A stretch of DNA of 64,000 bases, from NCBI RefSeq assembly GCF_009914755.1, contig NC_060944.1. One strand, given 5' to 3'. The notes beneath the pieces were generated by a model. The model worked only from the letters and a program-made list of their open reading frames with translations. It did no database searches and had not been told where the DNA came from. Source of the stretch: the human T2T-CHM13v2.0 reference genome, Homo sapiens. Made by a program: the position numbers and the translations under genes. Positions 15,302 through 33,133 of the stretch are shown piece after piece (the first letter of the stretch is position 1; the number at the start of each line of letters is the position of its first letter).

Positions 15302-18300
15302 TTGGCTGGCTTTTAAAGCAGAGAGTCATCATATCTGTTTGGAATTTTGAAAGAGCACTCTAGCAGCAGCTTAAAGGAAGAAGTGTAGACTGACCAGGAA
15401 GGGACTGGAGGCAAGAATCCCATCAGGGGCAAGGATAGTGCCTTTCAGACCTGGGTTTGAGCTGCAGCTTCATCATTTCCTTGCTGGGTACCTGGGGCAG
15501 GTTACTCTGTACCTCAGATTCCTCCTCCACAAATCAGGGTACTAGTATCTGCCTGATTGGATGAAAATATGTTACGCATGCCAAGCTCCTAGGACAATGC
15601 CTGCCATATGGTAAGTGACCGATAAATGCTTGCCATTATCATTATTACAAGGAGACTTGCAATTCTTCAGGTGAGAATAAAGGGCCTAGTGTAGAAGCAT
15701 GGGAAACTGGAAGAGAAATAATACATGTCTGAGACTTTTCTGAAGGAGAATCAAAAGAGACTTGGTGATTTGTTGTAATTGTGGGAGTGGGCAGGACGAA
15801 GGAGAGAGGGGAGTGGAGGATGATTCCCCAGTTCATAGCTTGGGCAGCTGGTTGGATGGTGATGGCAGTAATGAAGTTGGGAAACAGGAGAAGGAGCGTG
15901 TACTTGATAATTGTATAGTCCTGGTAGGTTTGGAAAACCGCTCAGCATCCCCTGAAACTGTGAGGTCCATGAAGTAAGATGTGATGGTCACATTCATCAC
16001 TGTGTCCCCACCACCTAGCACAGTGCTTTGCACATGGTTAATGGTCAGCATTTGTTAAATGAAAAAAACAATCTTGTGGGTAAGTTCTGTTATTCCCATT
16101 GTACAAGAGAGGAAAATGAGGCTCACGACGGGACGAACTCAACTCAAAGACCAGTTCTGTTGACTGTGGGCATCTTGTGTTGTTTACTCCCATGATGACT
16201 AAGGGTGTCATCATGACCATCACCATGTTCATTAAACACTCAGTTCATTAAACACCCACCTGTGCAAGGTGTGGTGCTGAGTAGGGGAAAAAGAAGTAAA
16301 GCAGAAACAGGCTATTCCCTGCTGGGTGTGTAGCCAAATGTAGATGCTATCTTTGAGGCATACACATTGGAAAGATGAAACAAACTTCAGAAGCTTTGAA
16401 ACAGACCTCAGAAGCTTGAGTAGAGTATTTGCACTGTGTAGGTGTGTCCCAGGTAGTGGTTCCAGTGAGGAGCCTAGAGCAAAATTTGGATTGCTTTTTT
16501 TTCCCAAATTTCATTTCTTTTTCTTTAGTCATATATTCATTCTTAAGCATGTGGCAGGCCCTTACTGTGTCCTAGGCCCCATCCTTGGTGCTGAGAATGC
16601 AGACGTGAACCAGATGTGGTCTCTGCCATCCAAGGGACTTAAATATCATCATTTATGAAATAATATTCATCTCACATGCCTATGGTGAGGATTAACTAAG
16701 GTAATATATGAAAGAGTGTGGCAAATTGTGGATATTGAGTAAGTGTACTTTTCTTTTCTGATAAAGTTATTGTTGATCAGACTTCTTTGGTTTAGTTGTC
16801 TCTTTCATTGAGAACTGGATAGAAACCAAGATCAGAGTTTAGGTGAACTGACAGAAATCACCCAAAGCTAGGTCTTTTTTGGTACCTTTCTAAACAATGC
16901 CCTTTGGTTTTCTCCCTAAGAAAGGTGATCATACTTTTCTGGAGAACATGTGGGAAAAAAAAGAAAAGAAAAAAATGGAAGATGATCAAATATCAAAGAT
17001 TCTTTTCTTTTTAAGTCTTGGTAACTAGCTAAGGAAATATCTACTCTAGATGGTTCAGATTTCCCTTTTTTTCCTGTTTTAGTAAAGATGAAAACAGTTG
17101 TAGACAAGATCATAGTTTAACAAGAGAATTGGAGAAGATTAGGAAATGGAGAGTGGCATCTAAAACACCCTATACTGGTACATTTCTGTGAATTTATGGA
17201 TGCAAATCAGTTCATTTACAGGTTAATTTAGGTTTAGCTGAGAATGTCTGATGGATGCATAGAGGCCAGAAGCTCACAAGAGATATATCTTCATTAAGTT
17301 CTGCTCATTGCTGGAGTGAGGGTGGTTTTCTCATGTTTAATAAAGTCTCTCTCAAACATGAGCATATGTGAAGACACTGTAATAAGTTTATAGTCTTATG
17401 AGACAAAGAACGTGGCTCTTTGGTTCTCTGGAATCAAGATCTCAGGTTGAAAAGCACAGTGTCTTAATGGCGCATGTGCCAGCAGTATCTCTTATCCCAG
17501 AGGCCCAGGGATAGAAAACTCGAAATCCACCCAGGGAAGTGAGCAGTGGGAATTTCCCTCAGTGACGCTTAAGTTTCTTGTTTGGAAAAATGGTTGGCTA
17601 GATTGAGTTTGGTTTACTTCCTAAGACAGATGGAGTACCAGAGGCCCTATGTGTTGGCTATCCAAACACACTGGTTCCTTTAATTCAAATGACAAATCCT
17701 TATTTTGCCCCATTTGGCAGGGAGATTAGATATTTTTAATTGCCTGCCAGAGTAGGTTTATAATGTGATTTGTAACTCAAGATAGATTTTGTTTGGAAGT
17801 TTAACTAAACGTGAAGACCTGTGAGCAGGACTGTTTTGCTTGGAGAAACCTTGAGTTGTCCAGAGTTGGGTTTGAGTGTGGAGCGAGGTCTTGGAGAGCA
17901 TCCTATGAAGATGTGTGCGAGCCAGCCATCTCCGAGGCGTAAAGCCAGGACCTAATTTGTTTACAGTGGTCCAGAGCCTTGACATGAAGCCAGAGCCCAC
18001 CAGGAGGAGGGGCAGAGCTCTTGGGGCCTTGAGGAATTTCTTATGAAAACTTAGTCTTCTTGCTCAGAATTATTTTGGGTTGTGCCACTGTCTTTAAGAG
18101 TGTGAGAGAGAGGATATTAGAAAACAACTTTAGTTGGTCATTTTGCAGATGGATGATTATATTTAGAAGGGGAAAATCTGAGCATAGCAATGGGAAACTA
18201 CAGATCTAGCTGTTTGTAGTACTGGCCTGTTTTTAAGCTGTTTGGCTCAAGTCAGCAATCATTTATTACGTTTCTTCTAGGTGGAAGGTGTGGTGATGTG

Positions 18301-19189
18301 GGCAAAAGATTCCCAGTTTGAATGCAGCTTTACCTTTCATCAGTAGTACCTTGGTAGTTACTTATATTTCTCTGAGTCTCAATTCCCCACTGTGTGAAAA
18401 GGGAAATACTACCAATACTTACTTGTTAGGGCTCTTATGAGGATGTGGAATAAGTTGATGTATGTAGAGTGCCTGCCAGAATGCCTGGCAAATAGGCGAG
18501 ATGAAACTGTTTCCTTGGCTTCCCAGGGATAGTCTTAGGGACAGTAAGGCTATAAAGATGGATGAGACACTGCCTTCTCCCCACAAGGGCCCACACAGTT
18601 CATCGAGGAAGACACACAGGTAAAAGTAACTATGAGAAAAGGCAAACCCCAAGTTTACAAATGAAGTGTTAGAGGAAAATACAGCAGGAAGAGTTTAATT
18701 CATCTCTGAGGTTGCAGGTTCATCTCACCCAGCCACCCATCCAATGCCCAGATTCCCTCTGTGGCATTCCTGCCAAGTGATTAACCTCTGATTGAACCCC
18801 TCTGTTGACAGGATTTATATTAGGTGCCCTATCCTCTCACACTATAGCATAGTCTGTCTCTGGACAGCTCCAACTGTAAAATCACCTTTCTTAATTGGGA
18901 CTGATATCTGTCTTTCTATAGTACCTACCTCTGCTACAGGTTGGGATAATAGCTCCATAGGGAAGCAGCCTGGGCTGGTGAAAAGAATGTGGGATTTGGG
19001 GACAGAAGGGTTGGGGCAAATCCCAGCTTTGACACTAGACATTTGTGAACTAGAAAACGGGTTGTGATTTCTGCCTCTTGGGGCCACAGAGAACAGGTCT
19101 GATCCCGCTTCTACATCACAGATCAAGGAAGATTGTGTTTATGTCTCAAGCCTGCACTTCTCTAGGACAGCCATTCTACATTTCATTGA

Positions 19190-19568
<379 letters not shown>

Positions 19569-20182
19569 AGTGTTGCTCTTAAGGTGTGGAGTGGACAGAG
19601 CTGAATAATCTGAATATTCTAGCCAAAGTCTGAGCAGCACAACCCTAGAACAGGCAGGGCCGAGCCATTTGTTTAGGAACTAGTTTGGTTATGAGTGCTC
19701 TTTAGCCCTGATACTTCCGGTATCACTGAGACAGGGAAAAGTGATCGTATTTTCCTGTGGCTTATTCATTAGTAAAGGGATGAGCATCTAGGAACCCCTA
19801 AAGTTTGTTTGGTCCTTCTTAAAGAGTCTTAGCTGAAGGATTGAATGATTTAAGTTCTTAACAAGAGCATCTGCTGGCTTGATTCCTTGACAGCTGATAT
19901 TTCTAGCTCTACCTCCTCCCTCTTCCTTACAGGGCAGAGCTGGCTTGGAGGGCTTATTTGAGTGATGGAGGAAAGCTATACATCCCTCTGGTTGTGGTTG
20001 TTTAGCTCAAAAGGTCAGTGATGTGGTATAGTGGAAAAGGTGCTAGCTTTGGGGTGAGAAGGCCTGAGTTCACATTCCACCTCTGCCGCTTGCTAGTTTG
20101 GTAACCCAGGGTAAGCCTCCTCATGTCTCTGAACAACAGCTTCTTTAGCTACAAAAATGGAATACAGAATTGACTACACAAG

Positions 20183-20657
20183 CTTTCTGCTCAAAGTGTG
20201 GGCTATGGAGACATCTAGGAAATTGTTAGAAACGTGGATTCTGGCCAGGCGTGGTGGCTCACGCCTGTAATCCCAGCACTTTGGGAGGCCAAGGCGGGTG
20301 GATCACGAGGTCAGGAGATCGAGACCATCCTGGCTAACATGGTGAAACCCCATCTCTACTAAAAATACAAAAAAAAAAAACCAAAATTAGCTGGGTGTGG
20401 CAGCTGGCAGCTGTAGTCCCAGCTACTCAGGAGGCTGAGGCAGCAGAATGGTGTGAACCCGAGAGCCGGAGCTTGCAGTGAGCCAAGATAGCACCACTGC
20501 ACTCCAGCCTGGGCAACAGAGCGAGACTCTGTCTCAAAAAAAAAAGAAAAAGAAAAAAAGAAATGTGGACTCTTAGGCCCCATCCTGACCTACTGAAGCA
20601 GAACCTGCATTTTATGAGATCCTCAGGTGGTTTGTATGCCCATCAAAGTTTGAGAGA
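20183..20657. mobile_element. MER5A-type element interrupted by an Alu
   Basis: ctgctcaaagtgtgg...ttgttagaaa [Alu] ...gacctactgaagcagaacctgcatttt...aaagtttgaga. Confidence 0.75.
20243..20560 (+). mobile_element. AluY/Sc-type
   Basis: gagatcgagaccatcctggctaac diagnostic. Confidence 0.93.
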
Positions 20658-21401
20658 TTTTAAAACAGATCTGGATATTTTACACTTTGGGGACTCTGAT
20701 GTTGAGATCCCAAATCTTTGATCTTAATGCTGTATAGGTACACATTTGCATTTAATTTCAGTTGATCCATTTTCAAAGATGGTAGCTAGAAACTTGCTTC
20801 ATTCATGAATCTATTTGATAGATAAGTATGTAGTAATTTGAGCTGTATGCTAGATACTGTCCTAGTTGCTGAGTAAATGCAGATGAAGACAGGTCCTTGC
20901 CTCTGAGGTGCTTAAAATCTAGCCAAGTGACACAAGTAAACAGATAACCAGGGTACAGTGTGATTTGTTCTAGAAGCATACTTAGGATTCAGTTTGTGAC
21001 ATGCAGTGGAGGGAACTGGAACAACTTCATTGTGGGGGGTGGGGGACTTCAATTTATGTTTTATCGAATAGTTATTTTGGGGAGTAATGGAATGTTAGAG
21101 CAGAAAGGAACTCAAAATGTATGAGTGCTTGAAACTTTAAATTAATAGGAAGAGTTTTTTGCGAAAGAAAAACCAGGAACGTGGAACTATTTGCAGTACT
21201 TTAAAAAAGTACTTTATTTGAATCAGAAGCCTCTTAGCGGGGACATGAGAATGGATCAGTGTTTAACTTGGTCATAAAATAATTAGCTTTGGAATACTAA
21301 ATTTAGAGTATAGTTTATTCTGATAATTAATTTGCTTAATTATTCAGTTAATGATTCAGTTAAAATTATAATTGTCTTCCTACGGAAGGAAGTAGGAACT
21401 A

Positions 21402-21818
<417 letters not shown>

Positions 21819-21999
21819 TTACATGTGTGTAGCCCAGTTGCTATTCCCTGCAGAGGTTTGGAGAGGAGTTGCTACCCAGACTAGGATTTACTCTGTGACT
21901 CCTCCAGTAGGCTGAGGAATTTGATCAGCATGGTGTGTCCCAGAGTTCCCTGGACTTGGAGACATTGACTGACAAGACTGACATTTAAAACCCAGATTA

Positions 22000-22830
<831 letters not shown>

Positions 22831-23137
22831 TAGTTGATTTCATCTCTCCAAAGCATGTTCTCCCTTTAGAATTTTGCACATAGGCAGCATGTCATCGCAG
22901 ATTGCTTGGCAAGTCTGGAGGTAGGACTTTGGGTGTCAAGTTGTAATGGGCTCCGATAGCCTTCTGTGGCCTTGTCTAAGGAGGGAACTGATGTCAGCCT
23001 GGCATTCAGCTTGCTGCTCCTAGCTGACAGGGCTGCAGGGCTCACAGCTGCGGACAGCCCTCCTCATGCTTAGATTTTAGAGGTAATTTTGGAGGTGTAA
23101 AGGACACAGCAATATAGGCCCAGGCCTAGTTAAGTAC

Positions 23138-23445
<308 letters not shown>

Positions 23446-23751
23446 CAGTTAAGTAATTTTCATCATGCTTAAAAACATTGTATTTCAAAGAAAAATTTTT
23501 TTTTTTTCAAAAAAAGTATCCCCAGGAAATGAAAACATTTCCCCCATCTTTGGGAAATACCATGTACTTTACAAACTTGATCATGTTTGATCTTTTCAGC
23601 AACTCCATGTGTGAGTGGTATTATCCTATTTTAGAGATGAGAAAGTCGAGGTTCAGATTATATGAGTCACTGGGCAGATCTAGCTCTGTGACTTGGGGAT
23701 CCTGAGGTGGGCTGTATCACAGTAGATTTTCTGGTGTGTTTGATATTCCAT

Positions 23752-24333
<582 letters not shown>

Positions 24334-25010
24334 CCAGATTGCTATAATCCTTGAGTGCTCGTAATTTATCAATAGACAGAATCTTGTCATTGGAAATCAA
24401 TTTTTATAATATTCCCTGTACAATATGAGCACCTATGCTTATTCTGCAGAGGAATACTTCACAGTGTTTTATGGCTTCCAAAGAACTTTCACATACATAA
24501 TCTGGTTTTGAAACTCAGAGAAGCCTTATGTAGGGCAGATTATGGTTTTTAGCCCCATTTTTTCCCTTTTTTTAGAGGAAGAAACTAAGGCTCAAAACAA
24601 TTAAATTGTGAACCTAGAGGCAGAGTCAAGGCTAGAGCCCTTCTTGAGGCTCCAAGTCTAGTGCGTTTCTGCCACTCTGTGCATCCACCCTGGCTCCTTC
24701 CTGTTAATGCTGCATTTCAGATTCCCCCCAGCTTCAGCAAGGCTGTGTCAGTAGTGGGTGTGGTCAGGTTGAGGAGCACAAGGTTGGGGTTGGGGTGTGG
24801 GGGTCCCAAGAGTGACTGGACCGTGTTATACACAGTGGGACTAGTGCCAAGGAGACGACCAAGAGGAGACTGTTATTACATTCTGGAATGGCTTGACAGC
24901 CTTTATTCACTTGTCTTCATTCATTCAATTCGCTACATCAACATTGTGCATTTCCCTGCCAGGTTTCTATCTTTTCCCGCAATAAGCTCATTTTCTCTGT
25001 GACCTCTAGA

Positions 25011-25240
25011 GTAGGGTTTCTCAACCTTGACTGCTGACATTTTGGACTGGATAATTTTTTTGTTGTGTGGGACTGTCTTGTGTATTGTAGGATGTTCAGC
25101 AGAAGCTTTGGCCTCTACCTTCTAGATGTTCTTAATACCTCCCCATCCAGTTGTGACAACAAAAATGTCTCCAGATATTGCTGAATGTCCCCAAAAGGGT
25201 GGGGGGAGGGTGGCAGAAGCTCCTAGGTTGAGAGCCATGG
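25011..25240 (+). mobile_element. MER20 (hAT-Charlie)
   Basis: ggtttctcaaccttg...ccagttgtgacaacaaaaatgtctccagatattgc...ggttgagagcca; ctctagag/ctctaggg flanks. Confidence 0.85.
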
Positions 25241-28200
25241 CTCTAGGGCTTGTCAAGCCACTGCAAATAGAGCTCTAGAGTGTTAGAGGCTGGTCTAAGG
25301 ATAAGGGGGTCATAAAGAGCAGGGCTGGGTGGAGCCTGCTAGGTACTTTTCATTCTACCCTTTTGTTGTTCTGCTGGGGAAACCAAGGTCTAGAGACTTA
25401 GCCCAAGGCCACCTGGCTCTGCTTTCTAGAGGTCTGGCTAGGGCTGGGAACTTGACCTGAATCCCTCCCACTCAGGACTCTGATCAACCCATAGTCCCTA
25501 GTCTTTTCAGGTTGAAGAAACCTTTTCTAATTTCAAAAAATATCAAGAATGGGTGTATGATAATAGTTGTACTTTTAATACCCGTTAATTGAGAAGATCA
25601 GATATTAATTCCCTTCAACCGATATTCACTATATACCCACCGTCTTTCTTCCCTAGGATTGTGTCTGCGTAAATGGTAGATGGTCACATGGTAGTTGTTT
25701 TTATTATTGTGTGATATATTCATCATTTAGTGCACAGGCAGGGCACAGTTGGGCACATTCACAGAGCGCTGGAGTGACCACTGTGAACCCTATGAGCTCA
25801 CAGTCCATAGGTTGGGAACTGATTGACACATTATACCAGGAGACTTGAGAGAACAGCAGGTCTGAAACTCTGGGCTTTTCCTGAAACCATGAGCTGTCTT
25901 CACACTTGAGATGGAAATCTCCACACTCTGGAAATAAAAAGCCAACAGGCTACCCAGAGTGCTCAGTGCTGCTCTCTCAACAGCTATACACTAGGGCATT
26001 TGTGATAAAAGAAGAGGTATTTGGCTGGAAACAAGCTTTAAGTTTCTAGCATTAGTTGGTAAATGGTGCATGGGTCTAAGGGGAGTATAAAATAATGGCC
26101 TTGAACTTGGGAATCTGTGTTTGCAGAACCTCTCATCTCAAAGCACTGAGCTTCTCTGACAAGAACCATTGTTCTTATTTCAGAGGTAAGAGGCAGAGAG
26201 GCCAAGCCCACACAAAGGGTCTCTGAAAAAGAGCCAGCTCCTTCCAGGTTTAGGAGCTTGGACCCCTGCTTGGCATCCTAGGGTGGAGCTGTTTGGTTTT
26301 ATCAGGTGATGGTGGGAAAAGGAAAAAAGGTTGTTAAGTTCCACCCAGTTTGGCAAATATTTTGAGTGTTTACTGTGAGAGACTCAATTTGAAGGGATGG
26401 TGTGGGTCATAGTTCTTACCCTCCAGGAACTCCCTGTCTGGTGAGGGCTGTAGAGAAAGACAGTGCATAACTCTCCGTAAAATAAGGCACGCCTACCATT
26501 GGTATTCAGTCAAAGTATGGTAGGAGAAGGAAGGAGGAAGAAGTGAATTCCAGCTGGGAGACTCTAGGGTAGCACCAGGGGGATGGCAGGGATTCTGAGC
26601 TGGGACTTGATGAATGGGATTTGGGAAGGAGGAGGCTGGTAGGACCATTCGAGGCCGAGGAGACTGTGGGACCCAAGGTACAGAGATTAGCATATGCTGT
26701 GTTTGTATGTGGGAGGGTTGAGGGGTTATGGGGTATAGATGAGGGGTAGTGGTGGCTCAGGTGGGGTGAGAGTATGGGTTGCGGCCTCCCTGAGGGGCCC
26801 TGGATGCCAAGCTGAGGAATCTGTGTTAGTTTGAATTTAGCGAGACACATACCAAATGGATACTTTCTGTCTCTAGAGAGCAGTTTGCTGGGACCAGCAG
26901 CTATCTCCCTACAGCACCCAGGTGAAGCTTCCCATTGGTTAGGTTGTCTGTCCATTACTGCTTGAGGGAATGAGGTGTATCTGGGGACTGTTCCCTTATA
27001 AGGAAGTCCATCGGTCACTACCCTTTCTCTTGTTTGTTCTCCCAATTCCCCTTCTGCTTTATTTGAAGTCCAGCCATTCTGGGCAGCTTGGTAGAGGCAG
27101 AACAGCAATTTTTCTGTTTTCAGAGTATCTCAGGTTGCATGTCAAAGGTAAGCAGGCAAATCCTCTTTGCTTAAAGTAGCTTGACCCAGCCTCATTTATT
27201 AATCAGGTCCTTGGCTAATATTGTGCATTTCACTCCCAGCTGGCTAGCTGGCTAACTCAGTTAGTTGTGATCTTTGGGATTGTTTAATCTTCCTTTCATG
27301 TTTATCTTTGGTTTAAGAGAAAGCTAGTTATTCTTTTTGGTTGATGACAGTGACCTGTATTTCTGAGGCCATACATTTCAAGTTCAGCCCAGACTTGATC
27401 TACTATCCCATTCCCAAAACTCTGAGAATGAACTCTTACTCTCCTCCCCCTTTCCTGAGCTCCTGGCCTCCTGTTAGCTGTCCTACCCCTGGGTGCCCCC
27501 TCCATCACCCAGATTGGTCTGGCAGACCCCTAAGACTTTGAGACGCTGCACAGTAGTTCAGACTCTGTCACTGTATGTCTTTGGACAAGTAAGGGCCTTC
27601 CTACCTCTGGGCCTTTGTTTTGTCAACAACAAAATGGGAAGATGGATTAAATGAGTGCTGAGATTTCTCTGCTGTAACATTCTGTTAGTCAACAAGTGCC
27701 ACATTACAGTAACCTTACCTTCAGACAGCCAGGTGTTGCTCCAAGCAGTTTCACTGCATAAAAAGATGGAGTAGCTCAGCCTTCATCTTATCTGTTAATA
27801 GCTTAGGTACCTGCCTGCTTATTGTAAAAGTCGAGGTCAGCCACAGGCTGTTTTGTAGAAGGTACTGGACATTTTTCTGTTTTGATTCCTTGGATCAGAG
27901 GCCAGAACTGAATAATGGTTTTTAGCTGCTCCCCTGATCCTGCATCCAGGCAAGCAGCGCAGATGCTGGAAGGCATCTTTTCTGGTACCTGAGCCTTGTT
28001 TGGTTCAGTAGCCTGCCTCTGACTTTTACTGCCAGCCTTTTGGCAAATCAGAGGCACAAATTTCTGTTGGGGCTCAGCAGGTTCAAGCCCTACTGGACAA
28101 ACCCCCAGCAGTGACCAGTTAAGCACACTGGGGTAAGACTTGTGATAGGACTTGACTTCCTCACTGACCCGCCTTTGGGGCCACAGGATGTAGGGGATTT

Positions 28201-30732
28201 GTCTCCTGTGTGAGGATCATGAAGAAAGGAACCAGCTGCTGAGGGCTGGCCTGACTTGAGTCATTTTATTTCAATCTGCTTTTTAGGATGGCGATCGAAG
28301 AGAAAATCAATGGTCCTGGTGGTGTCAGAAAGAGCAGCGGGCTTTTCTGCAAAGGCCTCATGCTTAGCATAAGTCCTGGCTCCATCATGAGCAGCTAAGC
28401 CTCTTAGGAATATGGTAAACATTTACCCACCTGGTTCTAAATTAGGCCCTTTAAAACCTCAAGTCTCCACTAGTGACATTAAAACAGCCCTCTCCCTTTT
28501 ATTAACCTTCACAGTACATTCCTGTCTCTTAAGCAGTTCTGGAAAATCAAACTTTAGCACACATCTTGTCCATACAGAGGGAAATCCCAGGCCCAGAGAG
28601 GTTAGGTGACCTGTTAAAAGTAATACAGCTCATTGAAGGGAAAGCTGGGACTGGAACTCATGACACCTATCTCCTCATTCCAGTGAATTCTACTGTAGCC
28701 TCACCTGTTTCTCAACAGACGCTGTGGTAAATGTGGCCAACCCTGCCAGAATAGTTTTGAAAATAAAGTTAAAGTGCCATGCAGAAAGCCAGCTGACGGG
28801 GAGATGGAGCAAACAGTTGCTATTTTAGGGGGTTGTTTTCTTTTGAATTATAACTGGCAGTCAGTGGTGAGGCGGGCGGGCACAGCCGTGGTGGAGGATC
28901 ACAAACTACAGAAATGTTGCGCCTACATTTCTGACTCTCTGTGTGACCAGGCTGAACAAGGCACTGTCTTTCCCTGCATCAGGGTTTCCTCCATGCAAGG
29001 GATCAGAATAATTCCTACTTTCGGCTCATTTTACAGGACTCTGGGGAGGGTTAGGAAGTCTATAAAGAGACCTAAGAAACAGTTGGTATATAAATAGTAA
29101 TTTTTGGTGCTTCTTGTCTTTTTTTTTTTTTCTTTTTCGTTGAGGTATAACGTATAGTAAGCAGATAAGTCTCAGGTGACACCTGAATGAGTTTTTTAAA
29201 TGTATACACTTGTGTAACCATCACATAGATCAAGATATGAGAACATTCCAGCACTCAGCAGTCTGGAGGGTTTATAGCAGTCTAGGACTTGAGAAGAGAA
29301 CAATATTTGTTTATTCTGGCCCCTTTTAGAATCTCAGAGGCCATTTATCCTTCTGTTACTCATTCAACATGTTTCCCAAACACCTTGTAGTACAGGGCAC
29401 AGTGCTAGGTATTGCTGGGAGTACAGAAATGAAGAATTGTTGGCCTCTGTCTTGGGCTCACAGCCCATTAGGGATTATGACTTGAATCCAAGGGAGAAAG
29501 CGAGAAGAGCTGCGAGGAAGCTTGGAGGAGAGAGGCTGCTTCTTGCTGGGAGAGAGGAGGGTGTGTGGTATTTATGTAGACACAGAATTTTCCCCAGTTC
29601 TCTCTGTTTATAAACATAGGAAAGGGACCAGATTATGAACTTCAGCCCCTTCTCAGCCAGTTCTTTGCATTCTCAGACCACATTGGGTACTTGGAGAGGT
29701 GCAGGCCCAGCCGAGAATGCCCATCTGTGGTGTTTGCTCAGCTTTGCCTTTCCCTTGGGAAGCAGAAACAAACTCAGGCAAAAATAAGAGACACTTCCCT
29801 CCCTTTCTTTGGCCCCTAGGCTCTAAGGAACTGATTTCCCTTCTGTATTGGGTCTTAAGGCTATAAGGCCACAAATCTGTGAATTAATTTTGGCCTGAAT
29901 TTCTTTCTTTGCCCTCTTTGGTTGAGTAATTAAAAATTTCAATTTCTTATGTGAAACCAGACCCCAGAAAGACTTTCCTGATCATTTTCATGTATGAGAA
30001 ATAAGTTTTAGATTTTCTTTTAATTGGCTAATATATGCACGTACAGCTCTGTAGTTGGTAGGAAAGGAGGAGGCTGTATCCAGAGTAGACACATGGTGAT
30101 CCCTTTCCTTAAAGAGAGTCTCCGGAGATAGTTTAAGACCAGTGCCTAATGTAGGGTCAGCCTGAAGAGATAACACCACAGGACATCTGAGCATTATAGA
30201 ACCACATCTTGGTACATGTGTAGACAGACAGTAGATAGTAGATAGGAAGGGAAGAAGGGCAGATGGCTCTGCCTGGCTGAATCTTGTTCAGGTTCTGATG
30301 AGTTACTGGGTCTGGGAAATATAAACGACTTGAGAGATCATCTGGGCCCATTCCCCCACTCCCATTTTACAAATGAGGAAACAGACTTTGATTTGACCAG
30401 ATCTGACTGGCAGCAGAGCTGGAACCAGAACCAGGTCTCACGTGTGGTGGAGAATGAAGACATTCTGGTGGAGTGCTCAGCAGGATGTGGAAGGAAGCTT
30501 GGCTGGGAGAGGGTGGTGGTGAAGAGGAAGATGAAAGGAGTGGCAGAAGCATTTGGTGGTTCCCTCAGCATATGGAGCCAGGAAAAGCAAGGCGCTGGGT
30601 GGGAGAGACACTGAGGCTGTTGATCATCTCAGGGGAGGGACCTGAAAGCCCTACAGCAAGAGGGTATGGGGGATACTGTGGCCAGGCTGAAAGATTTTGA
30701 ATGGCTTGGACATCTATAGTGCTTATCTTCCT

Positions 30733-31132
30733 TGTGTTAGTTAGCTTGGGCTGCCATAACAAAATACCATAGACTGGGTGGTTTAAGCAACAGAAATTTA
30801 TTTTCTCAGTTCTGGAGACTCAGTCGATGGTCAAGGTGCTGGGTAATTCCGTTTCTGGTGAGAGCCCTCTTCCCAGCTGGAAGACAGCTGCCTTCTTGCT
30901 GTGTCCTCACATGGCCTTTCTGTGGAGTGTGTGTTGTGCATTGCAGGGAGTGGATAGAGAGCGGGGGCGTCTCTCTTCCTATAAGGCTAATAGTCCTGTC
31001 AGATTAGGGCCCCATCCTTGTGATGTCAGTTAGCCTTAATGACCTCCAAGAGGCCCCATCTCCAAATGCAGCCACACTGGGGCCAGGGCTTCAGCATATG
31101 AATTCTGGGGGGATACAGGTCAGTCCATAGCA
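30733..31132 (-). mobile_element. MLT1A/B-type MaLR solo LTR
   Basis: tgtgttagtt...gctgccataacaaaataccatagactgggtgg...cagtccatagca; TSD ttcct/ctcct. Confidence 0.85.
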
Positions 31133-31268
31133 CTCCTTAGCTTTTTGTTTTCTGATTGACTACTTTAGGACCCGTGAGGTATTGTTTTTCTTGGTAGGGA
31201 GGCTGCTTTCTGACATTCCTTTCTTTACATTATTTTCTAAACAATCAGATTATAATCTAGCACTGTGA

Positions 31269-32031
<763 letters not shown>

Positions 32032-33133
32032 TCAGAGATTATGTTCTCTCAGTGTTTCAGTGTCTGGTAATTCTGTGCAGTTTGGAGTTTGTTCTTTAAT
32101 TTTATTATTTTCACATATACAGTTGTAATCGACAGTGTTCAGCAGGGAAGATCGGATAACAAACCCATGAACCAGACTGTTTTTGTTTTTTAATTGCGCT
32201 AAGGTATACATAACATTACAGGTGTGAGCCACCGTGTCTGACCTGTGCCCCATTTTTTAAGGACAAGGCAAGACTACCTTTTCCCGAAAGAGAATCAGCT
32301 TCCTGTGCCCTTCACCCCTTGCTGCCTCCTGGGCAAGGAAAATCATTTGTCTGCAACCCCTTCATCATGTCTCTCTTGATTCCAAAAGCATAAAAGGCTG
32401 GTTGGGTTTTCCCTCTTGCCTTGCTTTTCTAACAAGCGCGCACATTGGAAGTATTTTTCTGCCGGCATTTCACTCTCTTCCCAACTTCCCCACAAACGTC
32501 CCCAGCCCCCATACCTCCGTTGTCATCTCGGTTGCCAGGGTGCTCTCATGCTTGCTCAGGCAGAAGGGGGCCCTTGTTGGCATGGATTCAGCTGGAAGCA
32601 GAGGAAGAAAAGCCAGTCGGAAAAGAAAGAGTGCATCCCAGCCTGGGAACGGAAACCCAAAGCAGGCTGTTTCCCCTCTGTCCCAGCCAAGAACCTGGTC
32701 ACCTCTCAGCAAGCCTGGCTAAGAGCATCCAGCCTGGGACCTGGCGGGTGGGGGAGGAGCTCAATCAGTGCCTTCATTCCACCCGAGGGCCACACCAAAG
32801 CGCCAGTGCCAGTCATAATCAGGTTGTTCTTAGTAAATGATTTGCTTTTTAAAATATAACTGTCTTTCCATGTCTGGGGATGAGGAAGAAATAGGCTGTT
32901 GTTTTTGTTTGTTTTGATTAGGTAGTCATGTAAATGGTACATAATTTTAAAAGTGCCTTCGTTGCCTCAGTCACTCCCTTCCTAGAAATGACCAATTACA
33001 AGGCCCTGAGGTAGTCTCTGCAATTAAAAACATGTACCATACCTATGTATTCTCCTGAGACACGCCCATGTATGAATGGTAGTAATTAGGTTACCTTTGA
33101 ATCCTGTGCTCTTTATAGTTTTACAATAAATGA

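Noticed and set aside
26506-27108. 200-aa minus-strand ORF
   Set aside because: Non-ATG start, low-complexity Ser/Pro content, partly over degenerate L2-like sequence, no splice or domain support
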